Origin: Octopus bimaculoides
Lineage: Eukaryota
Assembly (NCBI RefSeq): GCF_001194135.2
Contig: NC_068982.1
Coordinates: forward strand, 42,619,532 to 42,683,531
Length of the DNA stretch: 64,000 nucleotides
Direction: 5' to 3'
Part shown: positions 11,296 to 23,190 of the stretch, piece after piece
Layout of the letters: the number at the start of each line of letters is the position of its first letter
Position numbering within the stretch: the stretch's first letter is position 1
Notes under the pieces: model-generated
Databases searched by the model: none
What the model was told of the DNA's origin: nothing
What the model saw: the letters and a program-made list of their open reading frames with translations, nothing else
Made by a program: the position numbers and the translations under genes

Positions 11296-12851
11296 ATATC
11301 AGCCATTTTGTATTTTTATATATATATATACACATATACATATACATATATACATGTATATTTGTTTGCACGTATATATCTACATACAACATTTTCGAAA
11401 TAGACTCCAGGATATCGCCGAAAAGCTAAAATATTCATTTCTGGATTGCTTTTTGTCTATTGAATCAGAATTCACCAGGAGCAAATCAAAAGCTCAAACC
11501 TTCTTTGCTAACTTTACCTGAACACGTTGTGTACGTACATAATGCAATCTGAATCAGAATTTCCTTGATTCATGACAATCACAATGTGATATCGCCTCAA
11601 CAGTAATTAAATCACCACATTTTCAATCTGTCTGTACGTTATTTAACATATTTAATTCACAGAGAACCAAACACCAAACTAGAATATAAATACTCGGTGA
11701 GAACGAGGTAAAATGACAATCGACATTATGCAGTGACTAACGTCACTGTTGTCATTTTCTGGGTAAATACGGGGAGATAACTTCGGATACTTCGGTCTTA
11801 TTTTCCTTTCTAGCAAAATGGTATCTCTTTGTAGTTTCTGAATTGTTTCACAGTTGAAAAACTTAATAGACAAGAATCCAGGTTTGTTTGCATACGAAAA
11901 TATAATTGCTTAGTGGTAAACACCTCAGAGACACCATTGCATAAATACTGAGTAATTCATTATTACTTCACCGAAAACATAACGCAGTCACTCTTCATTA
12001 GGAGTATCAGAATAAAATATATCTGGTGTTGTCTTCCTTCGTTTGATTAGTAATTTGGAATATGCATTGCCTGAGACACGCTGATGTTGATATTATTGAC
12101 GATAAAGTTAGTATAAATGAGAGTAATACTGTTGCTAAAATTGCTGCTCCTGCTGTTATTCATGAATACTCCGTTTATTTCGCGTGTGAATTCTTTTTTT
12201 ATCAAGGCAGTGTTGATTAGTGAGACGTTATCTTTATAGGATTTATTTTCTAGTCTATTGATTTGTATATTTTCTCATTTGTTTTATGTTATATCTCCCT
12301 ATCCCGTAAGAAATATTAATTTCCTCACATACGCTCACGATCTCACAGTCTAGGACTCCTATTTCAATCTCTTCATTTATACAGATAAATTTTTTCCAAT
12401 CGTTTCTATCTTGTTGCTTTCTCACACTTTTTTTCTTTATTTCTCATTGCACTCTCACAATTTTCTTTCCAATATTTCTCTCACTTCTACCTTCTGTAGT
12501 TTTATATCCAACAGTATCTATATACGTGTCAGTCTGTCAGCAATTTGCCTATCTGTTAATCTATACATATAACCATCTCCCTATATTCACCACACCATAC
12601 GTTTCTCTCCTCTCCCCCTCTCTCTCTCTCTTTATATATATATATATGGAGAGAGACAGAGACATACACATGCAATCGCACATACTCCCACGCCTATGAA
12701 TATATATATATATATATATATATATANNNNNNNNNNNNNNNNNNNNNNNNNNNNNNNNNNNNNNNNNNNNNNNNNNNNNNNNNNNNNNNNNNNNNNNNNN
12801 NNNNNNNNNNNNNNNNNNNNNNNNNNNNNNNNNNNNNNNNNNNATATATAT

Positions 12852-14240
12852 CAGGGGTGGTCTAACCGCGGCTTGCGAGCCACATACGGCTCTTTGACCC
12901 TTAATATGTGGCTCGTGGAAATACGTTGGCCGAGCTCCTTTTTCATCACAGTTAATATAAAAGGTATACAAAAAAAATTTCAAGCTTTATAATTATTTAC
13001 CGGATATGAATTGAGACCCTATTGGATTAAAACGTAAGTTTAACGTTCATCTTTAGTAAAAATATTTAAGAATTTAAATCCTAATTTTAATGCTAGATCT
13101 GAGTGAGGCATTGTTCTTTAGTGCTAAAGGAAGGAAAGGTGGGAATCAGGGGCATTAAAGATATTTCCGGTCAGCAAGAGTTACAGAGGAATGTCAGAAG
13201 AGTGAGGTCATGGGTAAGGGGATTAAAGGTTAGGGTGCGCCGGGGGAGTGAGAGTGGTCATAGGTGGCTTAATGAGTCTAGGCCCGATTGTACTCATATA
13301 CACTGATGCAATCTAAGAAAAGATATTGGACTGTGCAGACCTAGTTGGTACACTCCGGATATGCTTTGTTTAAAAGTGTTAGTGAAAATTTTGTGAAGGG
13401 AGATTAACGCCTCAAATTGTAAGGGATGAAAATATGAAGATGAAAACAGAAATTTTAAGCCAGATTGGGAGGAAGATTTTGCATTCAACGTTAAAGTAGT
13501 TAGACCTTTGTACCTTATCTGCCAGGTGACACTCAGTCATTACAAAGCCAGTAACTTGAAACGCCACTATGAAACAAATCACAAAAACCTTTCGTATGAT
13601 TATCCACCTCCATCAAAATTAAGGAAAAACAAATTGACCGTGTTAACATCATGACTAAATTGCCAGCGGACACTATTGACAACGTTCAGTAAGGAAGTTG
13701 ATGCAACGACTGAAGCCAGTTTTGTTATGTCAGGGAATATTGCTCGTGCTAAACGCCCATATACTGATGGTTAAGAAGAATATAGCTGAAGATGTTGCAG
13801 TGTTAGATCCAAATAACATAAGACTTTAGCGACTAATAACACAGTTTGGTTTTCCGCCACACTACAGAGAGACGTATCTCTCAGATCGGTGCTGATGTTG
13901 CAGGCAAAAATGCGAAAGGATTAAAAAAATTCTCTTGCATTCAGCTTAGCTCTTGACGAATCAACAGACATACAAGACAACCCACAACTGGCAGTATTTA
14001 TTCGTCGTTGCCTCTGATGTAACTGTGAAAGAAGTGTTGGACTTCTAAAAAAAGAAAAGAAAAAACAATATTGAAGTTTGTGAAGTCGAAGCATCGTGCA
14101 GTCCTTACAAAACAAGACCCAGCGGAGCTAATTCGTACAGTCTTGACAACATATCAACCAGATCTTCAACAACTCACAACCAAGATGGAGACCCGCAAGA
14201 TCTATACTAGCAGTAAAAAGCGGCTTTGATAGCCCGATGC
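12852..14240 (+). mobile_element. hAT DNA transposon fossil (Buster/Charlie/SPIN-like; GTF2IRD2/EPM2AIP1-type transposase), internally deleted
   Basis: Left TIR-like CAGGGGTGGTCTAACCGCGGCTTGCGAGCCAC. From 13430: YEDENRNFKPDWEEDFAF..PLYLICQ..YKASNLKRHYETNH (BED-like) ..IARAKRPYTDG; FSLALDESTDIQDNPQLAVFIR (first catalytic D, 13955); then C-terminal LIRTVLTTYQPDLQQLTTKMETRK (14120-14200). Right boundary is approximate. Confidence 0.88.
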
Positions 14241-15551
14241 TTGTAGTATTGTCTGTTTGTCATAAACATGATAAGATTGTAATTTTGTAAGGTGGTATCA
14301 GATTAAAATACCTCAAATTTTATTTTTAATTTTTTTTTTACAGATTTTCCTCCATGTTTTGACCAGATATTTACTAAGACAAATAAATATAATTAAAAGT
14401 TTTTTTTTTTTTTCCTTTTTAATGTTGTCTAATTTTATGTTACTGAAATGAAAATTCGCACATTCTTCTTAGAAGTTCCCGTAGTTCATTACGGTATTAA
14501 ATATGCTGAATATAGTTAAAACAATCAGTCAAGATTTTGAAAACATTTAGTATATACATGTGTATTTTGTGATTACAGAAACAAATGCAAATTAACAGTT
14601 TAAAAAACTGCATACATGGTTAAATATTATTTTACCTATTTCTCCGCAGACTAAAAAAATGACCAACTTTAATCGATTTCCGAAATTTATCGGTTTTTCT
14701 TTAGTGTCGGATACATCATTCGGACCATATATAGAGAACCAAGCAGCCAAACTGTTTATATACTCAACAAATGCAGCAGTTACTCTATGAAGGAGTTCTT
14801 AATTTGCATACTAAAAATGTTTAACACTCTATGAATATCAGTGGCCTGTCAACAGGAATCCTAGTTCACACAGTATCAAGGTATGATATAATATATATGC
14901 AGCATATGGTATCTCTCTCTCTNNNNNNNNNNNNNNNNNNNNNNNNNNNNNNNNNNNNNNNNNNNNNNNNNNNNNNNNNNNNNNNNNNNNNNNNNNNNNN
15001 NNNNNNNNNNNNNNNNNNNNNNNNNNNNNNNNNNNNNNNNNNNNNNNNNNNNNNNNNNNNNNNNNNNNNNNNNNNNNNNNNNNNNNNNNNNNNNNNNNNN
15101 NNNNNNNNNNNNNNNNNNNNNNNNNNNNNNNNNNNNNNNNNNNNNNNNNNNNNNNNNNNNNNNNNNNNNNNNNNNNNNNNNNNNNNNNNNNNNNNNNNNN
15201 NNNNNNNNNNNNNNNNNNNNNNNNNNNNNNNNNNNNNNNNNNNNNNNNNNNNNNNNNNNNNNNNNNNNNNNNNNNNNNNNNNNNNNNNNNNNNNNNNNNN
15301 NNNNNNNNNNNNNNNNNNNNNNNNNNNNNNNNNNNNNNNNNNNNNNNNNNNNNNNNNNNNNNNNNNNNNNNNNNNNNNNNNNNNNNNNNNNNNNNNNNNN
15401 NNNNNNNNNNNNNNNNNNNNNNNNNNNNNNNNNNNNNNNNNNNNNNNNNNNNNNNNNNNNNNNNNNNNNNNNNNNNNNNNNNNNNNNNNNNNNNNNNNNN
15501 NNNNNNNNNNNNNNNNNNNNNNNNNNNNNNNNNNNNNNNNNNNNNNNNNNN

Positions 15552-15836
15552 CTAAAGCTCCACAAGGCTCCGGCAGGGGATGGTGGCGAACCCTGCTGTA
15601 CTCTTTCACCACAACTTTCTCTCACTCTTACTTCCTGTTTCTGTTGTGCCCGTAATTCAAAGGGTCAGCCTTGTCACACTGTGTCACGCTGAATATCCCC
15701 GAGAATTACGTTAAGGGTACACGTGTCTGTGGAGTGCTCAGCCACTTGCACGTTAATTTCACGAGCAGACTGTTCCGTTGATCGGATCAACTGGAACCCT
15801 CGACGTCGTTAGCGACGGAGTGCCAACAACAACAAT
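15552..15836 (+). mobile_element. tRNA-derived SINE family C, 3' part (5' lost in gap)
   Basis: Nearly identical to the reverse complement of 37112-37395; ends GACGGAGTGCCAACAACAACAAT. Confidence 0.92.
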
Positions 15837-16239
15837 ATTATTCATGGGTTGTTGTTCAACTAAATCTGAATGGCTTCGAATGAGCCCTTAACCAGATGGC
15901 TACTACAGAAAATAGTCTGGTTAGGTGTATGAGATGGAAAGTATATCTCTATTATTCTAACACAGCTGTTGCACCCACCTCTCACTGCAATTTAAGAATA
16001 TGCAGCTGCTTACTAAGTATAAAAGAATCTAGAAAAATTTGAACGAGACATTCTGACGGTGGCAGTTAATCTTCCGATTGAAGTAATGAGAATATATTTC
16101 CAATTGCATTTTCAAATTGCTGATTTTATCCATCGATCGCATCTCCTCACAGACATTTCACTGTCTTTTCGGTATCGGATCTAAATTTAAGTTCAGAATG
16201 CACAGAATCAAAACCCTGCTCTAACAAGTCAACCATATA

Positions 16240-16372
16240 AGTACTCGGAACTAGTACATCTTAATCGGCCTTGACTTTAGTGAGAACTAAAGTCGGATAT
16301 CAGAGATTCGGAACAAATACCGTGACACTTTCTTTCCAACGCTTTAACGACTCCGTCAATTCACCGCCTTAA
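16240..16372 (-). mobile_element. Family B SINE, old degraded copy
   Basis: ..CTTTAACGACTCCGTCAATTCACCGCCTT resembles the reverse-complemented family B head. Confidence 0.5.
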
Positions 16373-16757
16373 ACAATACATAATATTAAATCTTAAATAA
16401 TACATAATCCTTTCTATGATAGGCACAAAGCCCGATGTTTTGGAGTAGGGGACTAACCAATTTCATCGACCCCAGAATTTCACTGGTACTTAGTTTATCG
16501 AGCCCGAAAGGATGAAAGGAAAAGTTAATCGTGGCGGAATTGAACTGAGAACGTAGCGACGGGCGAAATACCGCTAAGCATTTCGCCAAGCGTGCTAACG
16601 ATTCTACCTCTTAAATAATACATAACAATACATCTTAAATAATATATAATACAAAATCTTAATACATCATGCTAAAGCTTAAATAATACATGATACTAGA
16701 TCTTAAATAATACATAATAATATTTCTTAAATAATATACAACACTAAACCTTAAATT
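16368..16757. repeat. Degenerate ~25-bp minisatellite (core TCTTAAATAATACATAA) interrupted by a SINE
   Basis: Two units lie left of 16408 and about six right of 16609. Confidence 0.7.
16408..16608 (-). mobile_element. tRNA-derived SINE family B (Nin/Deu-like central domain)
   Basis: Reverse complement of GCAGAATCGTTAGCACG..GTTCTCAGTTCAATTCCGCC..CTTTTCCTTTCATCCTTTCGGGCTCGATAAACTAAGTACCAG; flanked by the direct repeat TCTTAAATAATACATAA (16391-16407 / 16609-16625). Confidence 0.9.
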
Positions 16758-16849
16758 CCGTAAGGTGTCAACTTGTCTGATGGGACTAAAGAGATTTTAA
16801 TGGAGTAAACAATAGCATAAACATGCGAATACTATAATGATAATGTAGA

Positions 16850-17062
16850 TTTCAAATTTTGGTACGGGATTAGCAATTTCGGGAGAGGGATTAAGTCGAT
16901 TACATCGACTCCAACGCCCAGCTAGTACTTATTTTATCGACCCCAAAAGGATGAAACGCAAAGTCGACCTCGGCAGAATTTGAACTCAGAATGTAAGGAC
17001 AGACGAAATGCCTTTAAGAATTTTGCCCGGTGTGCTAACGAGTCTGCCAGTTCGCTGCCTTA
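16850..17062 (-). mobile_element. Family B SINE, full length
   Basis: TTTCAAATTTTGG..GTCGATTACATCGAC..AAAAGGATGAAACGCAAAGTCGACCTCGGCAGAATTTGAACTCAGAA..GCTAACGAGTCTGCCAGTTCGCTGCCTT. Confidence 0.92.
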
Positions 17063-17114
17063 AGAAGTCATTATATTATTATTTTCAAATTTTGGCACGA
17101 GGCCAGAGAAGCCA

Positions 17115-17620
17115 TTATAATATTAACAGAGGAGCAGAGCCATCACAGAAAAGCTTAGTATAGAAAACAGACAAAAAGTTTTAATAAAAGTTAAAGCGTT
17201 TATCACAACTAAAGACCATAAAAATAACTTTTCTGCTAATTCAAAATGTTGTTCAATAAATCTATTCCAATCTAAGATTCGTTTTGACTCTACAAACATT
17301 CTCAGGAAGTAAAATAATAACATTGGGAATTATCTCAATGAAAGCAATAATTATCATAGAAACAGCAGTTAGCTTGATAATCTTTATTAAGTTCAACGCC
17401 AAATTTAACACAATAGGTTCTTATTCGCCGGTAACTAAAATATACAAAGCATTAGATAATGTTAAAATATATGATGCTAAAGATAATGATGCTATAGAAT
17501 TTACAACGGTCGCAAAATTAACATTAACTTTCAGTAAGGACCCTGCTTGAAGAAAAAGAACTAACTCAGATTGTTCTTTTGAAACGCAGAAAAGAACAGG
17601 GTCATTTGATAACATTGATT
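17115..17620 (+). mobile_element. Penelope-like element reverse transcriptase fragment (pseudogenised)
   Basis: Translation EAITEKLSIENRQKV..KAFITTKDHKNNFSANSKC..IN..SKI..NIL resembles the recalled PLE RT motif AFITLKDHK.NF....CRLINP.KSE. Then FIKFNA..SYSPVTK.YKALD (FI.FD...FYPSI...L.KAL) and ..TGSFD (MGSFDG). Confidence 0.72.
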
Positions 17621-17864
17621 ATACGAAGCCCTTTGTACATAGATATCCCGGATCTACCAACTCCACCGCCGCTGCTGGACGCTTTTCATCTGCCACTACT
17701 ACTTCCGTGCACAAGATGATTTCCCAAGACAAATACCGCAGTGTGTGGTTTTCTACAGTATATCCGCGTTAAATAAGATATACAAAATGCGATAGCTATC
17801 TATCTATCTATCTATCTATCTATATTAATGTTTATCTTAATGTTAAGTTGTAGTTCTTTTTAGT

Positions 17865-18066
17865 ATAGGTACAAGGCCTAAAATATTTGAAGCATAGCCA
17901 GCCTTGGCGATCACATCGACCCTAGTGCTCAACTAGTACTCAGAGAACCAGAAAGGATGAAGAGCAAAGTCGTAGGTGACATGATTTGAACTCAGAAGCA
18001 ATGACAGACAAAATGCCACAAGAATTATGTCCGGTGTGCTAATAATTCTGGCAGTTCGTCGCCTTT
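17865..18066 (-). mobile_element. Family B SINE, diverged
   Basis: CATCGACCCTAGTGCTCAACTAGTACT..GAAAGGATGAAGAGCAAAGTC..TTTGAACTCAGAA..GCTAATAATTCTGGCAGTTCGTCGCC. Confidence 0.8.
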
Positions 18067-18269
18067 TTTATAAGTTATAATAGAAACAAATTTGATTCCC
18101 CAGTACATTTTGTAGAGTACATATTTATTATTCTTTAACAAGAATACTATACACATACATATATACTTACATGCACACATACATACATACATATACGTAC
18201 ATACATATACACACATACACATGCACACACACACATATACACACATACGCACAAAGAGTTACACAGACA

Positions 18270-19005
18270 ACCACACTTACTACCTACGCCTACGATAAAA
18301 AGTAATACAAGGAGTCGAGGAACCTTTCGATTCGAATATTTATCAGAAAGATCTAACTGCTATGAATAAATGGGTGTCAGCAAACAACATGCAATTTAAT
18401 GTGGGAAAATTCCAAGCCTTCCGCTATCAGCTACCTTGCACTAACCCTAACCAAAAAGATCGGCAATACTAGAGTCAAACGCAGTGCACGATCTGGGGAT
18501 TGATATGATCATTCACTTATCACCAATATGGCAATGTGCAGGAGAATGGCCAGATGTATTCTGAGAACTTTCAGAGCAAGGGACCAGAAGACTACGCTAG
18601 TTCTATGAAAGACATTTGTCCCCAGCCGTCTGGACTACTGGTCTCAGCTGTGGTCACCATAAAATGTCTAATTAATAGTGAAACTCGAAGCAGTTCGGCG
18701 GGACAAATCTACTCCCTGAAGAAAGAGCTACAAATCTAATCCCTGAAGAAAAAGCGGGAGAGATGTGCAGTTATATACATATGGAAGATCCTAGAGGGGA
18801 TGGTACCAAATTTTCGCATCGAGAGTTATACGAGCCCCTGAAGTGGACGTCAGTCGCCTATATTGCTATAAATATTACTGCTCAGAAACATTTTACGACT
18901 GTGCTTTTTTCGAACTTATGAAGAACTGACCGACTTGGCCCTGAAGAGATGCAAGGCCCATTTTCTTATCTCAGACAAGAGTGAGTCGGGATCTTGCATT
19001 GAAAT
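18270..19005 (+). mobile_element. CR1-like LINE RT C-terminal fragment (pseudogenised)
   Basis: Degenerate YADD (YAYD-KVIQG, 18285), DLTAMNKWVSANNMQFNVGKFQ, DLGI, ILRTFRARD..KTFVPSRLDYWSQLWSP, RERCAVIYIWKILEGMVPN. Confidence 0.85.
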
Positions 19006-19659
19006 GTGCATAGGATAATAAACAAGTTTTATTATTATAGGATTGCGTTATGGCTCTTATTTAAATTGATATGCACCCAAAATTGTATCACATATATGAA
19101 AGTCTTTATATTTATACAAAGTATAAACAACTTTTCAAGTGAGAATTTTGCTACTTTGATAACAGGTACAATATTTTACCAAATNNNNNNNNNNNNNNNN
19201 NNNNNNNNNNNNNNNNNNNNNNNNNNNNNNNNNNNNNNNNNNNNNNNNNNNNNNNNNNNNNNNNNNNNNNNNNNNNNNNNNNNNNNNNNNNNNNNNNNNN
19301 NNNNNNNNNNNNNNNNNNNNNNNNNNNNNNNNNNNNNNNNNNNNNNNNNNNNNNNNNNNNNNNNNNNNNNNNNNNNNNNNNNNNNNNNNNNNNNNNNNNN
19401 NNNNNNNNNNNNNNNNNNNNNNNNNNNNNNNNNNNNNNNNNNNNNNNNNNNNNNNNNNNNNNNNNNNNNNNNNNNNNNNNNNNNNNNNNNNNNNNNNNNN
19501 NNNNNNNNNNNNNNNNNNNNNNNNNNNNNNNNNNNNNNNNNNNNNNNNNNNNNNNNNNNNNNNNNNNNNNNNNNNNNNNNNNNNNNNNNNNNNNNNNNNN
19601 NNNNNNNNNNNNNNNNNNNNNNNNNNNNNNNNNNNNNNNNNNNNNNNNNNNNNNNNNNN

Positions 19660-19703
<44 letters not shown>

Positions 19704-19821
19704 GGATCACTCATAAGATGTTATCTCTGGACAAATACTGCAATAACTAGCCTATCGAAAATATATAGATATTAAGTATGATATACAGATGGCGATAACA
19801 GTTTATATGAAAATTCTATAT

Positions 19822-20120
19822 ATGGTTCGATTCCCGGGTTGGGTGGCATGCTTTGTTCTTGAGCAAAAGACTTTATTTCACATTGCTCTTGTGCTGTGTG
19901 AGGACCGGCATTGCCAAAGGATTGAACCAACATTTCCTCTGCGTGTCTTAAAAAAAGGGAACTAAAAGAGGTTGACGAAGGGTTAGCATTTCGACGTCAC
20001 AAAAACTCTCATTGGCAGCGACTATCCAAACAGACCCATGAGGTGGATGGCTGTCGCCCGAGTGGTGCAAAAGTATCATCCGCCAGGAGTAGGGAATCAC
20101 CAACAAATGATGGATGCAGC
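19822..20120 (+). mobile_element. SINE-like remnant with CORE/V/Meta-like central domain
   Basis: B-box GGTTCGATTCCCG followed by GTTCTTGAGCAAAAGACTTTATTTCACATTGCTC. The same domain occurs reverse-complemented near 27590-27630. The 3' part is unassigned. Confidence 0.55.
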
Positions 20121-20128
20121 CACTATCA

Positions 20129-20421
20129 TCAGGTCGTCCCATAAGTTCTGTCCGAATTTTGAATAAAGAAAACAGGTGATCAAATGTTATATCTAATTGA
20201 AATTTAATCATCAATGTTCTCTCCCTGATTATCTATGACTTTCTTCCATCTATTTACAAGCTTTTAAATCCCATCAATGTAAAACTCTTTTGGTTTCAAA
20301 GCGAAGAACTATGAAATGTCAGTTTCGACCTCCTCCTGGCTTGCGAAAGTTATGTCCCCCAAATGATTCTGTAAACTACGAAACAAATGGTAGTCTGGTG
20401 GAGCAAGGTCGGGAGAATAAG
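20129..20421 (-). mobile_element. mariner (DD34D-type) 3' fragment with terminal inverted repeat
   Basis: Minus translation YSPDLAPPDYHLFRSLQNHL..FASQEEVETDI..FF..KPKEFYIDGI*KLVNRWKKVIDNQGENIDD*; TIR-like TCAGGTCGTCCCATAAGTTCTGTCCG at 20129. Confidence 0.9.
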
Positions 20422-20961
20422 TTTTATAAATAGTGATATGTGACTCGAGAAAACATTTATGTGTTAATTCAAGGGTTCTGATGTATCTTATTATTACAAT
20501 ATATCTTATACTAATTACAAGCAGTATAAGCTATAGAACTCAATGCGTTGAGTAGAATGACTTGATATGCTTATTATATAAAACATCCACAATCTCACGT
20601 GAGTGTCGCTCCCAGATTCCCAGACTGAGCTGTTTACAACAGCAGTGAACAGTCCAGCCTCAGGCAAAACTCAGGATTGAACTGGCATGTCATGGCTTGG
20701 ATGGATGGATGGATGGATGGCTGTACGTAGGCAGGTATGTATGTACGTCATGTTACTCTTAATGTTACTAGTAATATGTAACCATGTACGGACTGTCACA
20801 TAACCGGCAACACTATCAAGACCGCTTGGTAAGGAGCGTGATTTTTCATAGGACACACAGCAGGATGAAAAGCAAAACCTGTCAAAAAACGGATGAACGT
20901 AGTCAAAACCCATTCAAAAGCAAGGAGTAACAGGCCATAGTCTTTAGACATCATTCGAGAA

Positions 20962-21270
20962 CAGTGGTTCTCATCCAGGGTCCACATGATCCCCGAGGGT
21001 CCATATAGGATTTTGTGGGCCCCACACAGGCAAAATAGTAAATTAGGAATCCACAATATTATATTAAGGCCTATGAAGAAGTTTTGATTTAGATGTATTT
21101 ATAGCAAGAAACAAAAACAATTCTTTCTCAAACATTTTACATAGTTTAAATAGGAATTTTGAAAGAAGTTTCTATAAAACTAGACTTTAAACATCGAATA
21201 GTTATGGAGGTCCACTAAAATAAAATAGCAACCAAAGGGGTCCATAGATAAAAATGGTTGAGATCCCTTG
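20962..21270. mobile_element. hAT (Charlie/MER5-like) MITE with 8-bp TSD
   Basis: TIRs CAGTGGTTCTCATCC / GGTTGAGATCCCTTG; flanks TTCGAGAA (20954-20961) and TTCTAGAA (21271-21278) match the NTCTAGAN target preference of Charlie-type hATs; subterminal GGGTCCA repeats. Confidence 0.85.
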
Positions 21271-21688
21271 TTCTAGAATAAAAACAAATTGCGAAGTTTC
21301 ACCTGTCTTATGGCGGAGGACAAGCATTTGCTTTTTTGGGGACTACTTCGCTTTGTAGATGAGAGTTTCAGAGATGTTGTGTAAGCTGTTATTGGCTTTC
21401 AATTTCAACGCAGACATTGTCATTAACATATGAAGTAAGATAATCTGTCAGTGATGGTTACATGCGTCTACGAGCAATTACATGCATACGTATGCATGTC
21501 ACGCTCTGTTGATGCCACCTCATCGTATTTAGAATTTAATTTAATGTTAAGTGACGCTGTTTAAGCTATTTTGCACTTACTTCCTAAATATGCCTCACCT
21601 CACTCATTCTCTTCCTTTTTATGATCCATTAACAAACACACACAATAATATATATGTATAGGCATACATACCCGGGTCCAATTGCATA

Positions 21689-21728
<40 letters not shown>

Positions 21729-21817
21729 GTGTGTGTGTGTGTGTGAGTGAATGTGTGGCTATGTATATATATATATATGTGTGTATATTTATGTATGTAT
21801 GTATGTATGTATGTATA

Positions 21818-21849
<32 letters not shown>

Positions 21850-22042
21850 CGTCACTAAAGTGACTAAGGGCACTAGTCAGCACCAGTATTGCTAGAAATA
21901 AGAGTTAAAACAACTCATAGACACAATAAGCACTTATCTTAATGGCTGACAAAGCATGTCAGTCATTGTAGCTATGAATTGTTTTAACTCTTATTTCTAA
22001 CAATACTGGTGCTGACTAGTGCCCTTAGTCACTTTTATGACG
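21850..22042. mobile_element. 193-bp fold-back (MITE-like) element with TA flanks
   Basis: Arms 21850-21920 and 21972-22042 are 67/71 complementary; inner stem CTGACA/TGTCAG with AAGCA loop; termini CGTCA...TGACG flanked by TA on both sides. Confidence 0.8.
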
Positions 22043-23039
22043 TATATATTTCTGCCTCTCGATTACACAGAAGGACGATAATGGAACCCATGGAAAAATA
22101 ACACAAAGAATTGGGAAATGCTCATCCGCTTCAAGGAGGAGAAATTCGACCTCACAGACTCACTGCGTTGCGCCTGGCTAGTTCGGTTCAGTGAATATCG
22201 ATTGAATGAGGTTCTCCACTAGGACCCGCTCCAACCCTCCAGTAGAATTGGCCCATATAGGATCCTCTCACGATTCTGTAGCTATCACCTTCACTCAATG
22301 GAAAATCCAGCAGAACGGCGTGAATTGTCGGCGCTGCTGTTTAATGGTAACTCTGAGAGAACTTCTGACACTTGGGCAACAGTAGTGGTTGATCTGTCAT
22401 ATCGAAAGTGCTTCTCTGGATCTCCTCACAAAAGATACAGCATGGTTAAGAAGTGGTTTTCTTGCATAATGGACAGTTGACGTCTGGATTCGCTGTGACT
22501 CCAGTTGCACTACCTGAAATTGTCACAATTGTTCTCCCTGATATTTTTTTTAGGACATGCGTCAAGAAAAGGGAACAATATTGGTGTAGCAAGGGAAGTA
22601 CCATCGTGGTAGATGGGCTTTATGGTTCTACGATGGGAAGTATTCCTGGTAGGGAAAAATTTATTGAGGATGGAATATGTATCAATATCGATTTTGGTGG
22701 CACTTCGGTATTGGATTTGGTTTCTAGTGTTTCTTGAGTGTGTATATAGTGTCTCTGCGATATGTAAAAAGATAGCCACATTGCAAGCATTATCTTTCAC
22801 ATAGGCGGGTAACTATTTTTGGATTCCGTTTCATTCGTGTGTCACTGAAATGATTTCTTAAATGTCCTCGAAATGATTTCTTTTTGTATTATTTCTTTCT
22901 TTTTTCTTTGGTTTTTTTTTTCTGGCGTCGTTGTGGGTGCGGGAAAATTGCGGGTTAGGGGTAATATATTAATGTTGGATTGAAGTGAAAAAAAAGACAT
23001 TCTTTCTAGTAGATGTAATAGAAATAGTGGAATGACAGT

Positions 23040-23190
23040 AGTAGATGGTGACGACGACGACGATGATGACGATGATGATGTTGTTGATCATGACGACGAT
23101 TGTGGTGGTGGTGGTTGTGGTGACGGTTTTGGTGATGGTGGTGTTGGTGTTGGTGCTAGTGGTGACGGTGACGGCGACGACAATGATATT
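23040..23190. repeat. Compound GAT/GAC/GGT trinucleotide low-complexity tract
   Basis: Direct inspection. Confidence 0.85.

Noticed and set aside
14289-14720. Possible MITE with AAGGTGGTATC terminus
   Set aside because: The putative right TIR matches poorly and no TSD was found.
16368-16757. Repeat-spacer-like pattern suggestive of a CRISPR array
   Set aside because: This is eukaryotic DNA; the units are degenerate AT-rich minisatellite repeats without unique fixed-length spacers or cas genes.
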